Shown here in pieces: positions 1 through 11,890 of a DNA stretch of 64,000 nucleotides (its first letter is position 1; each line of letters opens with the position of its first letter). The notes beneath the pieces are model-generated. The model did no database searches and was not told the origin of the DNA. It was given only the letters and a program-made list of their open reading frames with translations. A program made the position numbers and the translations under genes. Source of the DNA: Macrostomum lignano (Eukaryota); assembly GCA_002269645.1 (NCBI GenBank), contig NIVC01002583.1, positions 35,031 through 99,030 of the forward strand. Reading direction: 5' to 3'.

Positions 1-1069
1 TCAACTAGCGGATCACTACAGAAGACTTTTAGAATCCTTTTCCGAGCAAATATTCAGAAGGGACAGGGCCTGTACTTTATATTGACAGGGGTAGCTCTTC
101 AACCTCGGAGTATTTGTTCTATACAGCTTGAGCGAATTCTCACAAGAAAATTCTCTTATAGAAACTGCTCATCACAGAATCAACCTTTATGTACAGACCT
201 GAGGAAGTCCTTGAGTCGGAGCAAATCCTCATTGTATCCATACGGCCTTGAAATCACAGGAAAAGAATTCGAGCAAACAAGATTCCTGACCTGCTGGTGT
301 CATGATTTCTGGAATGCTAATGGCATAGCCATATCAGTTGAAACAAGCGAGTTGATAACAAGGCATCAACGTAAAAAAATAAAATAAGAATGAAACAGCA
401 GCAGTCAGCAAAAATGTGTCTGACCTGTCAATTTCACTCTCCACATCCTCTTAACGCAAGGGAGCGCAGAGTATTATGGCCCAGGGCTCAGTTTCAGAGC
501 TGTGACTGCCTTGAGTCTGCCGAGCGTTCCACTTTGCTAATCATTTTTTTCAAAGAAGCATTTTAGGGATGAGAAGCTACAATGCAAGATCGGATCGTCA
601 AAAAGCTAAATGTTATATGGCTGTGGATTTTTATCATTGCTACCCTACGCTCGTGCTTGTACCTTCCAACCAAGCTATCCAACAAGGCTTCTAGGCTTCT
701 AATCCAACAAAAGCATTCTCTAAGCATTTTACCAACGTGTCATATAGCTGGACGCCAGATAGAGAACGAAGCCGGTGCACCTCTATTAGACTATAGCGCA
801 CTTCTATAGTGTACTCGCTCCCCGAAATTCAGCTATGGGCAACAGTTTGTTAAAATGCATAATTTTTTTCATTATGGTCAACACACTGTCCACGCTTCGC
901 CACGCCCTAATTTGCTTGATTGCCAGTCTCATGAAGCATTTGATGAAAGAATGGTTTTAGAAACTTGTGAGTGCACCATGTAGAGAGCACATGGATGATT
1001 GTGAGTGCACCATGTAGAGAGCACATGGATGATTTTTGGAGTTTGGAAGTCCAGCAAGTACTTTACTAG

Positions 1070-2655
1070 TCCATGATGTCGCTGCTGCTGGTTTTGTGAG
1101 ACAATTGAACATGATCGCTGCCGTCTTAGTCTCAGAGAGCTTTAGACCACAACGATCCGCTTATTGCTCAGCGAAATTGGAATTCTGAAGAAGGTCCCTA
1201 ATGGTATCAGGGGACGGACCAGAAGCCACTGCGGTGACATCGTCGGCATATATCCTACTTTCAGAATGGGGTCAGGCCAAGCATCTTGAAGGAGCTCATC
1301 GATGATCATATTCACAGAACTGGAAACAGCACCCCATCTTGCGGGCTACCTTTGCAGACAGGGACCGTCCTCTGGAAACCCAGCAAGCTGGCGGTGGCCG
1401 TGCGATGGCTGATCATGTACATGATTCACCTGGTGAGATGTGAGTGCGTTTGCCTCTCACAGAGGGCTCTCCGGAACGCCTCGAAGAGGACGTTATCGAA
1501 GGCGCCAATGATGTCCAAGAAGATCCCCAGAGCGAAGCCGTTACCAAGCACGGCCTTCTCTAGTTTATCGACCAGGACATGAAGCGCGCTTTCGGTGGAT
1601 CGACCCAGCCCGAAAAGCGTGCTGGTTTTCGCTGAGAGGCTTGTTCCTTCGCTGGTCTCTTGGTTTTAATTGCTCTGCGGTTGGAGTCTCTTAGCTCTGC
1701 GACGGAGGTTGCCGAGCTCGGGATTCCACCACAGCGAAGATTTTTCCCTAATTTCGGCAGAAGCTCGCGTAGACTCCGGCGGGTGTCCTCCGAGTTGCAC
1801 CAGATGAAGATGCAGCCGTCGGTCTTTGCTGATCTGACCACGCTCAGGGGGCGGACTGCCAGGTCAATGAGGTCTTGCTTTTCCCCGAAGACGATGACCG
1901 CCGGTTAGAGCTTGACCTTTGTGGCGTAGTTGCGGTGGCTCCCGAAAGCCCGGCCTCGCTGATGGTAGGTTTGCCGGGTGGCATACCAGCGGGGGTTGTT
2001 TCCTGTGGGGCAGGGGTCACTGTGGCTTCTTTCGGCCCAACAGCAGCCTCGCCCTCCCAAGGTTTTCCCTCCGCAGGTGGCCGGCCCGCAGCCTCGCTAT
2101 AGCGTTGTCGCTGTCGTCGCTCGTTGCGGCGTAAATTGCGGGCACGTCGAGCCTCCGCGGAGGGCCCGGGTACGCGTGCGGGTTCGTCACCGGACGATCA
2201 GGCGGCAAGCCCAATTGCCCCTGGTGGGGCGGCGCTGCGGCCGGAGTTGCAGGGATCCCGACTTCAGCGGGATTTTTAGAGGCGGAGGATGCCATAGCTG
2301 AAAGCGGGAAGGAGTGGGCAGAGTCACAAGGAAGAAGGTAGAAAGAAAAATCGGGGACCGCTAGCGACTGGACTACTCCCCAGTCTTCCAGCCCATCGGT
2401 GCGTTCAAACACCTTAGGCATTAGAGGGTACGTTAATCAGTACCACGGCCTGCGGACTGGATGGGTGGCCAGCGTCGGAGCCCAGTCTGTTCAGCAGCCC
2501 TAAGGACTGCCTTGAACACTCGCGGGGACGAGTACCCCTGGGTCGACTTGCGAGCAGCGTGGGCGAGTCTGCAGCTGCCAGAGGCAGATAGATCGTGCAG
2601 ACCTCCCACCAGCGTGCACCTGCTGAAGATAGGGGCAGGCGTGAAGCATCGCAGA
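1070..2655 (-). mobile_element. Internally deleted non-LTR retrotransposon (R1/LOA-like), same family as 57564-62647
   Basis: 1070-1640 is the reverse complement of RT sequence at ~60460-61000. 1640-1740 matches ~59730-59830 and 1750-2090 matches ORF1 at ~57600-57980. It extends further 5' (MASSASKNPAE start near 2295, putative UTR to ~2655). Ends are approximate. Confidence 0.88.
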
Positions 2656-2659
2656 CCAT

Positions 2660-2790
2660 AGCCTACAGTTGTAAGAAGTTACATAATTGTACCCCAGGTA
2701 CAAGCAGCCGATGGATTCGGGGTCTACGCCATAACTGCTCGGACGCGTCGAGAAGGTGCTGTTAATCTCCAGGCCGTTCACATTTATCTT
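2660..2790 (-). pseudogene. Fragment of last (LamG/ConA-like) exon of a third PAN-LamG paralogue
   Basis: Encodes VNGLEINSTFSTRPSSYGVDPESIGCLYLGYNY, nearly identical to the 8460-8928 exon. It is truncated where the LINE 5' end begins. Confidence 0.8.
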
Positions 2791-3392
2791 AACAATATTT
2801 ATGGTCTTCACAATTTTTTGATGCCGTTTCACGACGCCTTCAAAGTCGGTGACGAGCGATGCACTTATGCATGGCACTTCATTGCCGCGTCGGCTGGCCC
2901 GTCCAAGCGACCTGTTGCGCCGTCGGCGACTCCAGCTGGCGGGGCACATCATCCCTTTGCATGGGCACATCATCCCTTTGCATTGGCCAGAGTTGATTTC
3001 GGAGGTGCTGCTGCTTCTGCCGGTAAAGGTAGCCAACAGGCGAAGGCAGGTGGCCCTGTCTTATGCCCTGAGAAGAGCCGCGTGACGTTCTTTTGAGGGA
3101 CCTTCTGTGACAACGCGTATTGTTATTTTATTGTTAGCGGATTATTTAAATTGTTAGTTACGATAAGAACTTGACTGCATCTAGAATAAAAAAGTGGTTA
3201 GCTGAAGCTGAATTGAAGACGCGCTTTGCCGTCAACTTTAAAAGATATCAAGAATCACTATATTTTCTTTGATTCAAATGGCTGTCTTTACGACTTTAAA
3301 AATTGTGAACCATATCAAAATGTCTGTTCATATTTCAGTGTGTTCTTCAGTTGCTTAGAACAGTAATATTTTCCTATTTGCGTATCCCAAAA

Positions 3393-5094
3393 CTAAACCA
3401 GCTCCATAATCTGCTCAACAGTGAGCATTTCTTTGAAGATGCCGAGTACTTTGATTCGGCCGTACAAAAACTTTGTCGGCGAATCAGCCCAGTTGAAGCC
3501 AAGGTAGAGGCAGCCGATTCGCTCGGGATCCGTGCCGTACGTGCTGGCGGAGGTGTAGAAGGTGGTGTCCAGCTTCACGCCGTTCACCACAAAGTAGCCG
3601 GATGTCGGGCCGATGGCCATGGCAAAGTGGATTGCAGAGCCGCTGGGATAGGTGTAAGTCGATCCAGCAGCGACGGACGTTGCGACCTGCCAATCGCCAG
3701 TCAGGGAGTTCAGGAACCAGCCCTGGTTGCCGCTGGATCTCTCGTTAATGGCGCCGTTGTGGTTATTGTTGTTGAAGCAGCTGGCGAACATTGCGAGCTC
3801 GGATCGATCTTTTATAGTGTCCCGAACGAAGGTGACCAGGAAGGTGAATTGCGTCCCAGTCCTGAATTGCAATGATGGGATTTTTTTAGATTAGAATTGG
3901 AGGGTTTGTAAAAAAGAGAAATTCAAATTTAAAAAGTAGAAAAGAAAGAAGACGAACCTGACAAGCGAGTCGAAGCCAATGTGCGACAGGTTGAGCCTCA
4001 CGAACTGCGACATGCTCAACGGAATCTGGACGCCGTCGGGTCCGATGTCGATCGGTGTGTTGTTGACGGCCGGCATGACGGTCGGGTTGGCGAGGTTCAG
4101 CATGCTCGAGTTGAAGGTGTAGAAGGCGAGCATTGATGAGGCCCAGGTGCGCGCTTTGTGCCACATGCTGCAGCCTTGGACGCCGTGGAGGCGGCTGTTC
4201 AGGTAAAGGCTGAGCGATCCTCGAAGCAGCCGGACGCGTTGAAGACGAAGAACTCGCAGGTCGGACGCGACGCGCAGGCGTGGGCGCAAACGTCCAGGTG
4301 ATGCGGCTGCGACCAAGCGAGGTGGAGCACAGGCGGGACATTCGTGGCCGCAGTGTGGGTGCACCAGGTCTCGCTGGAGAAGTGGCTGCGCCAACGGACC
4401 GACACGGCGAGAGGCGAGAAGTAGGCGGCTGGGGCGGCGGCAGCGATGTGGGCGAAGTAGGCGGAGGCGTTGAGTGGCACGCAGCGGACGGCGGATCCGG
4501 CGGCTTCGGTAGCGGCGGCGGCGTCAAGAATCGGCGAGAACATCGAGCCGTCTGCCGCCAGCCGCGTGCACCAGCGGGAGCAGAGGAGCTCGGCCAGGTT
4601 TTCAGCCACGCTCGTAGAATTAAGGACCAGAAACGGCGCTACGAGTGTTTTGTTGTCTCCGCAGTTCTCTAACAGCAAATGTTTTTATTCGAAAAGCGGT
4701 TCTTTGGGTTCCTGCTTAGCACTAAATTTGTTTTCTGAATAAACAATCATGTATTACCCAAAGCAGTGTCCATCTTAGCGAGCAGTTTGCAACTTCCGGG
4801 CGTCAGCTGAGCCGATCCGTTTCGCAGAATCCGCCACTTATTGTCGGAAAGCGACTCGTTGCCGTGGCAGGCGATGCAGCCGCTGGTCCTGGCGCAGTGC
4901 GCTGCGCATTCGATTTTACTCGCCGCATCCGAGGCTTCAGCGAGCGGCTCCTCGGCGCTGCAGAGCCCGTTAGACACCGAGAGGTGAGCTGTGGCCGCCT
5001 GATCCACAGTTGCCGAGGCTGCACTGAGCGCCAGGAGCGTCAGAAGAAACGGCTGCACTAAGAGGTGCTGGCTGTCACAGTTAAAGATTTTCAT
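3393..5094 (-). CDS. Secreted multi-PAN/apple-like + LamG/concanavalin-A-like protein, paralogue A; exons 4758-5094, 3958-4668, 3393-3861; one -1 frameshift near 4219
   Basis: Hydrophobic signal (PFLLTLLALSAASA) and PAN-like Cys patterns (CAAHCARTSGCIAC; CAHACASRPTCEFFVF). GT-AG junctions are phase-compatible (1, 2). GATCC versus GATCCC in paralogue B explains the frameshift. The domain call is by motif recognition. Confidence 0.75.
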
Positions 5095-5957
5095 AGATAT
5101 TGGAAATGTTTTGCTTGTTACTACGAATTAATTGCTGCTGTCGATTCTCCTCAGCTCTTCACGGATGCGTCAAATAAATACACCTCGTCCATTGTTAGTC
5201 CAGAAAGCAGCAATCAACTTGAGTGCCGATGGTAGCAATTGTCCGAAATTGCGGTGTTGATTAATTTGATGGCTTTTGGCTTGATTTGTTAATTGCAGCC
5301 GAGCTGTTCAATTTTTCATTTATTCAATAATTTATTTTGTTTTTCCTGTTTGTGCAGTTATTCAGCTTTCAGTTGACAACCAAGGCTAACAAATTGACTC
5401 GGCTGAAAACTCCCTCAACAACGAGTTTTAATTATTTTTTAAAAATTCATAGATTTTCTAACGAAGCTTATAAGCAACGGTAGATTGCTTAACAATTGAA
5501 TTTTACAACAACAAAACAAACTACACGAGCCCTGGTCAAGCCAAGCTCGGCTGCTGTCAAAAAGCGCGCTCAGAGCAGCGAGTCCGCGAGGGTCAGAAAT
5601 CTCAGTGTCTCATAGAAGCAGCAGCACGTCCTGCAGTGGCTCAGGGCAGCACTGCTCTGCTCGGATGACGTAGGCGCCGGCAGCTGGCTGGGTCGGGAGA
5701 GTTGGGCCCATCGATATAGCTCATCATTGCTGGTGTTGGTGGTGGCGATCGGCGAGTATAGTGAAGGAGTAGGGAGTAGTGAACTGTACGCATATGTATT
5801 GTACCCAGTACGGATGTGATATCATCCGGCTACGTCCTTCTTCTACAGATCTACCGTATCCGCATGACCATATCCGGGTCAGCCGACTATGCCTGACTGC
5901 TTGCCCTCTCGCTGGCTGCGGGTCGACTGTCGCGTTCGTTGGCGTCAGTGCCCAGAG

Positions 5958-6635
5958 TGAGCACTCCGTGTGATTGGTAGAGTGAGCACTCCGTGTCCGT
6001 GTGATTGGTAGAGTGAGCACTCCGTGTGATTGGTAGAGTGAGCACTCCGTGTGATTGGTAGAGTGAGTACTCTGTGGTATTGGCAGAGTGAGCACTCTGT
6101 GTGATTGTTAGAGTGAGCACTGTGATTGCACTCTGTGGTATTGGCAGAGTGAGCACTCTGTGTGATTGTTAGAGTGAGCACTCTGTGGTATTGGCAGAGT
6201 GAGCACTCTGTGTGATTGTTAGAGTGAGCACTCTGTGGTATTGCAGAGTGAGCACTCTGTGTGATTGGCAGAGTGAGCACTCTGTGGTATTGGCAGAGTG
6301 AGCACTGTGTGATTGGCAGAGTAAGTACTCTGTGGTATTGGCAGAGTGAGCACTCTGTGTGATTGGCAGAGTGAGCACTCTGTGTATTGGCAGAGTGAGC
6401 ACTCTGTGTGATTGGCAGAGTGAGCACTCTGTGTGATTGGCAGAGTGAGCACTCTGTGTGATTGGCAGAGTGAGCACTCTGTGTGATTGGCAGAGTGAGC
6501 ACTCTGTGTGATTGGCAGAGTGAGCACTCTGTGTGATTGGCAGAGTGAGCACTCTGTGTGATTGGCAGAGTGAGCACTCACTCTGTGTGATTGGCAGAGT
6601 GAGCACTCACTCTGTGTGATTGGCAGAGTGAGCAG
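5958..6635. repeat. Minisatellite, ~22-24 bp unit GTGATTGGCAGAGTGAGCACTCTGT
   Basis: Direct tandem copies are visible. The ORFs here are repeat translations. Confidence 0.95.
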
Positions 6636-8459
6636 AATTTCTAATTAATGCGAGAGCCTGCATGAGCTGGACAGGCTGATGGGTGCAATCAATTAATTTA
6701 GAACGCTCAAAATTGATGAATAAAAGCTTCCATAATTGCTGATAAAAAGCGGCCTGTTTGATCTGCGTGAGTTTTTTGCTGATAAATAAAATTTTTCCCC
6801 CAAAACTTTTTGCATAAAGTAACGAAGTACGTGTGAAAGGATTCCTTTGCAAGCATTCACTACTCGAGATACGTGTACCTGCGCAATATCACTTATCAGT
6901 TAGGGTTTCTCTGGCATTGTTTTGGGCATGACGTGTCAAAAATCAAAGTGGCGTACTTTTCCTCGTATTGCAGAGAAAATCATTTATGGCAAATATGAAT
7001 GAGGATATAAATTTCAGAAAAGCAGCGGACTCTGGGTCTTGAAGGTGGTCGGTGGTCGGAGAACAAACTTTGGTACTGCTTATTGTGCCCTCTGTTCACA
7101 GTGCTCGATGGGCTGAAACCAGAGATCAGGATCCGATTGCTAAAGTGCCTCCCTTCTGGTTTGGGGCAGTTTTGCGGTTTGATTTTGATCGGAAACCTTA
7201 TTCGCGGCTTTCAGATCGACTTTGGATGAATAATAATCGGCTAAAACTTAGAGATAGAGACCTTTCCAAGTCCAAGGAAGCAGCCCAGCTGACTGACTCC
7301 ACGGTGGCCGTCAGAGAACCGACCAACTCAGCTCGCAGATCCGGCCGCTGCTATCAAAAGCCTCTCAAGTGAATTGGTTCCGAGGCTAAAAGACCGTCCA
7401 ATTCTGGCAATTTTGATGAAGCTCAGAAAACTTGGCTCGAATGCAAAAAATGCACAAACAGACGTGACGAAGGGACCGAGCTGATGTACAACAACAACAA
7501 CAACAACAACAACAAACAACAAAGTACGCTGCCAGGTGGAAAAAAGCAGCGTCACAGGGTGATGAAGCGAACGGCTCCTGCGACCTGTGACCAGACGCGC
7601 AGGCCCTGCGGTTGCCACTGCAGCTGCTGAGGCTGTGAAGCAACGGCGCACCATCTGGCCAACTTTTAAGAAAGCTGCTTCGGGAGCAGCCTTTGCGACA
7701 AAGATCCTGGGAATGACTACCGAAAGACCAAGACCAGCTGCGAAAGTGTGGAGTGCTATTGACTTCTATCTGATGGGACTGGCTGTCTGATTGGAAGTTC
7801 GTTGAATAGCCATTAGTTAGGGTTAATTTGGTGGATAGATAACTTTTTTGCTGCAAAGTTAACGGCTGCCACGTGGCCAGTTATTTCCAATAGCAGAGAA
7901 TCACCACCGGGGATTCATTGGCGGATTTGAAGACCAGTGAATGCGGAGTGCAAAACGACTTTTATAATCTGATGGACAACTAAATTTGAACACGGAGTGC
8001 AAAATGACGCAGTTACAGTTGCACAATGCACTGCACCTACCTACGTGTAAATCTAAATGTTATCAATACTCATTATTGCATATAGGGACAGCGAAACCTT
8101 TCTATTAAGTATGGTGGGTTACCATCGAATTCGTCAACAGACCTAAAATGTCAGAAATTGGAGGAAATCGAACTCGTCAACAGTTAAAACAAGCAGACCG
8201 AATTTGTCAACAAGATTGACTAACCTAATGTTGTTCTTTAACGCAATAATGTAAATTTCTGTAACTCAATCAGCAAAATTCCCATGGCTTGCTTCATTTC
8301 GTGCTGGTTTCCTAAGACAATAAATTTGAATACGTCAAATTAATTTGCAATGCCGGCACGAACATTTATTTTAGCATAAATGATCTTCAGTGTATTTGTC
8401 GATATTTTTTTTATCAATCCTGCGATTTGCAAGCAGCGTTCAGCTTTAACGCTCAATAT

Positions 8460-10330
8460 TCAAACAAGCTCCATGATTTCGTCGCGTGTGAGAAACTTGT
8501 CGAATATGCCGAAAACCTTGATGCGGCCAATCAGATACCGGTTGTAAGTAGCTATATAATTGTACCCCAGGTACAAGCAGCCGATGGATTCGGGGTCAAC
8601 GCCATAACTGCTCGGATACTTCGAGAACGTGCTGTTAACCTCCAGGCCGTTCACAATGATCTGACCAGAATTTGGTCCGATGGACAGAGCGAGATGGTTC
8701 ACTGAGCTGCGGGAGTAGTTATACGAAGAGTTCTCAGGTATCGACGTCACCACATGCCAGTTTCCTGTCAGGGAGTTCAGGTACCAGCCCGTGTTTCCAA
8801 CCGACTGCTCATTGATTGCGCCGTTGTGTCTGTGCGAGTCCGAGCAGCTGGCCAGCATCGCCAGCTCCGAGCGAGCTTTCAGGGTGGTGCGGCTGAACGA
8901 TACAAAGAAAGTAAAGGAGGCGTTCGACCTGCAGCAGTAGGTGGAGGGAATCGGACGATTTCGGATGGCCAACCGTCTGCATCAGTTTGTAACGCGGCTT
9001 GAATAAAAAACTGCCAACTGAATGCTACTCACCTGACGAGCGAGTTGAAGCCGATGTGCGACAGGTTGAGCCTCACGAACTGCGTCTCAATTGTCGGAAT
9101 CTGGACGCCGTCGGGTCCGATGTCGATCGGTGTGTTGTTGAGGGCCGGCATGACGGTCGGGTTGGCGAGGTTCAGCATGCTCGAGTTGAAGGTGTAGAAG
9201 GCGAGCATTGATGAGGCCCAGGTGCGCGCTTTGTGCCACATGCTGCAGCCTTGGACGCCGTGGAGGCGGATGTTCAGGTAGAGGCTGAGCGATCCCTCGA
9301 AGCAGCCGGACGCGTTGAAGACGAAGAACTCGCAGGTCGGACGCGACGCGCAGGCGTGGGCGCAAACGTCCAGGTGATGCGGCTGCGACCAAGCGAGGCG
9401 GAGCACAGGCGGAACATTGGCGGCCGCAGTGTGGGTGCACCAGGTCTCGCTGGAGAAGTGGCTTCGCCAACGGACCGACACGGCGAGAGGCGAGAAGTCG
9501 TCGGCTGGGTAGTCGGCGGCAGCGATGTGGGCGAAGTAGGCGGAGGCGTTGAGCGGCAGGCAGCGGACGGCGGATCCGGCGGCTTCGGGAGCGGCGGCCG
9601 CGTCGAGAATCGGCGCGAACATTGAGCCGTCCGCCGCCAGCCGCGTGCACCAGCGGGAGCAGAGGAGCTCGGCCAGACTGACCGCTGCTCCAGTTGAGTT
9701 TGGCATCACTAGAAGCGGTGCATTGAGCGTGTCGTTCATCGGGCAGGTCTCTGCAAAGTGAAGGGAACGATTGGGGGTGTGCGATCAGTTTGCGCATTTC
9801 TAAGCTTTATTTGGTAGCTTGCAATGCATTCTAATCAGCACCATGTGTGTGCATGAGCGAGTACATCAATGTGGGTTACTTCATTTCGTTGGTAAGTGGA
9901 GTACATTACTGAGGGTGAGTACATCATCCAGCTATCGTAGAGAGTTTAAACACCTGTCAAAAGGAACAGCAACGCATTGCATGGCCACGAAGTGGCTGCT
10001 CACCTTGTAGCAGCTCGAACACCCGGCCGCTTCTCACAGCGGTGTTGCAGTTTCCCGCAGTCAGCGCAGCTGAGCTGCTCCCAGTCAGCACCAGCTGCCC
10101 TCGCCAGCCGCTGCTTGCCGCGCTGCATGCCAGGCAGCTCGGTGACTTTGAGCACTCGAAGGCGCAGGAAGCTTCGCTTCGCTCAGAGTCGTCTGCAGCA
10201 GCTCGGCGCTCTCGTTCGCGATGCAGGTGCCGCTGAGCTGCTCGAACTGCTCGCACTGCGGCTGCCGCGGCGGGGAGTCGCTGGCTGCAGCCTGCAGGAC
10301 CAGCGGCAGCAGAAGCAGCAGCAGCAGCAT
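8460..10330 (-). CDS. Secreted multi-PAN + LamG/ConA-like protein, paralogue B; exons 10004-10330, 9033-9750, 8460-8928; frameshift in exon 1 near 10170
   Basis: Poly-Leu signal peptide and CAFECSKSPSCLAC PAN motif. The middle exon is near-identical to paralogue A with the same intron phases. The AGCGA-AGCGA 5-bp duplication shifts the frame in exon 1. Confidence 0.75.
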
Positions 10331-11890
10331 CTCAGAGGGCAGGTTGATGGAGACGGACTTTTCAGTTTTGATCCATAAAAAGATTGGACTCGGCTCTGAG
10401 AGACGGTTGTCGCCTGCAGGCTTCCTATTTTTATGCGTCTGCTGCTCAGCAGTGAGGCCGGCGGTGAATTTAATTTGAATAATTAGTTTTCCACCGCTTC
10501 TGGTGCATTTCGGCAGAAATTAAAAAAATTGTTTATCGATAAAATTTCCGAGCAATTTAATTTGAGTTTTCCGCGGCATTGTCGAACTCGATGGCAATCA
10601 AAGTAATGAATGACGCATTTAATTTTATTACCTTAATATTTTTTGACTGGGACAATGCCACTGTCATTTCAGGATCCCAAAATCCAGCAGAAGCGTGCGA
10701 AAACTGGAAGAAAACAAGAAACGCTAGTCATAAAATATTTTTATGAAAAATGATGGGTTAGAATGGCTTTCACTTGCAGCTCTCGACAAGAGCGCTTGGA
10801 GATGTCTATTATACTGGAATTACTCAAGAGGACAGAGCTCCTGGTTGTGCAGAGGACCTCAGAGAGAGCTGACGTTGTTGCCACCCGCCTATCGGGGAAA
10901 AATATATCAAAGCCAGCGTATTATAAAATTTCAGCAGTCTTTGGAAGCCCACATGCATTGTTGAGCTGCTTTTTAACTGAGTTCACCCCATGGATCTTAC
11001 ATACACCAGATAGGCCACTCAGTGGCACCCAGCCAAACTATGAGTCTACGGGAAGCTTTCAAAGATGCAGTGGGTATGCAAATGAAAATAATTTTCCTTT
11101 ATGCATCCATACACTACTGACGATTAGTTTTCAGTAGTGCAAGCGAGCATTTTTTCGTCCCCGATTCATTTTTGGGTGCCATTTTCTATGAACTGGCTGA
11201 ATGGGGACTGGCCTATCTAGTGTATATAGTATCTGTGGTTCAGGCCCTTTGTGCCTGCTCTCTGAGGCTTAAGGAATCACCTGACGTTGATTGATAGTCA
11301 AATGCACATCACATTTAATGATTTGGAAACAGAAAACACTCGTTAGTGAAATCTTGTCGAGTTTTATTTTGGTTATGAGGCTGGCACTGATTCGTGCTCA
11401 GATTGTCAACCCGCTAGGCACATTTACGACACTATATTTAGCTGGGGGTGGACGGAATGAGGGGGGATTATCAAAAGTTGCAAAGTCAACATAAACTGCA
11501 GTGAGAAGCTGTAGTGTGACGAGAGTACAATAGACATCCAAGAATCGTAAGAAACGCAGTCAGGCTCTAGAAGAGTTTATATTGCATGGAAAGCTTCAGT
11601 AAGGTAGGAAACTTAAGTTTAGTTTGTTAGTTTAGTGATCAACAAACCAAAAAACAACAATAATGACAAAAAATGTAGTGTGTCACGAGTATTTTGGGTA
11701 TTTGGACATTTTGGGTAGTTTTGTATCCAAGAGCGATTAACAAACAGTTGTAAAATACGCACACAGAAACTGTGTGAAACATAGTCCAGGAACTAAAAGT
11801 CCAGATTCAAAGAAAAAACATGGATTCCTACTCTCGATTTACAATGAAAGTTTCAAACAATTCATCGCTCTGTAGCTAGGCCAAAATAGT

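Noticed and set aside
5945-6606. Long repetitive ORFs here and at 28664-29597, 55501-56343 and 62472-63240 as real proteins
   Set aside because: They are translations of minisatellites open in several frames. The latter three lie inside introns defined by flanking exons.
7328-7856. ORFs around the (CAA)n tract as a gene
   Set aside because: No recognisable domain, start context or consistent splice structure.
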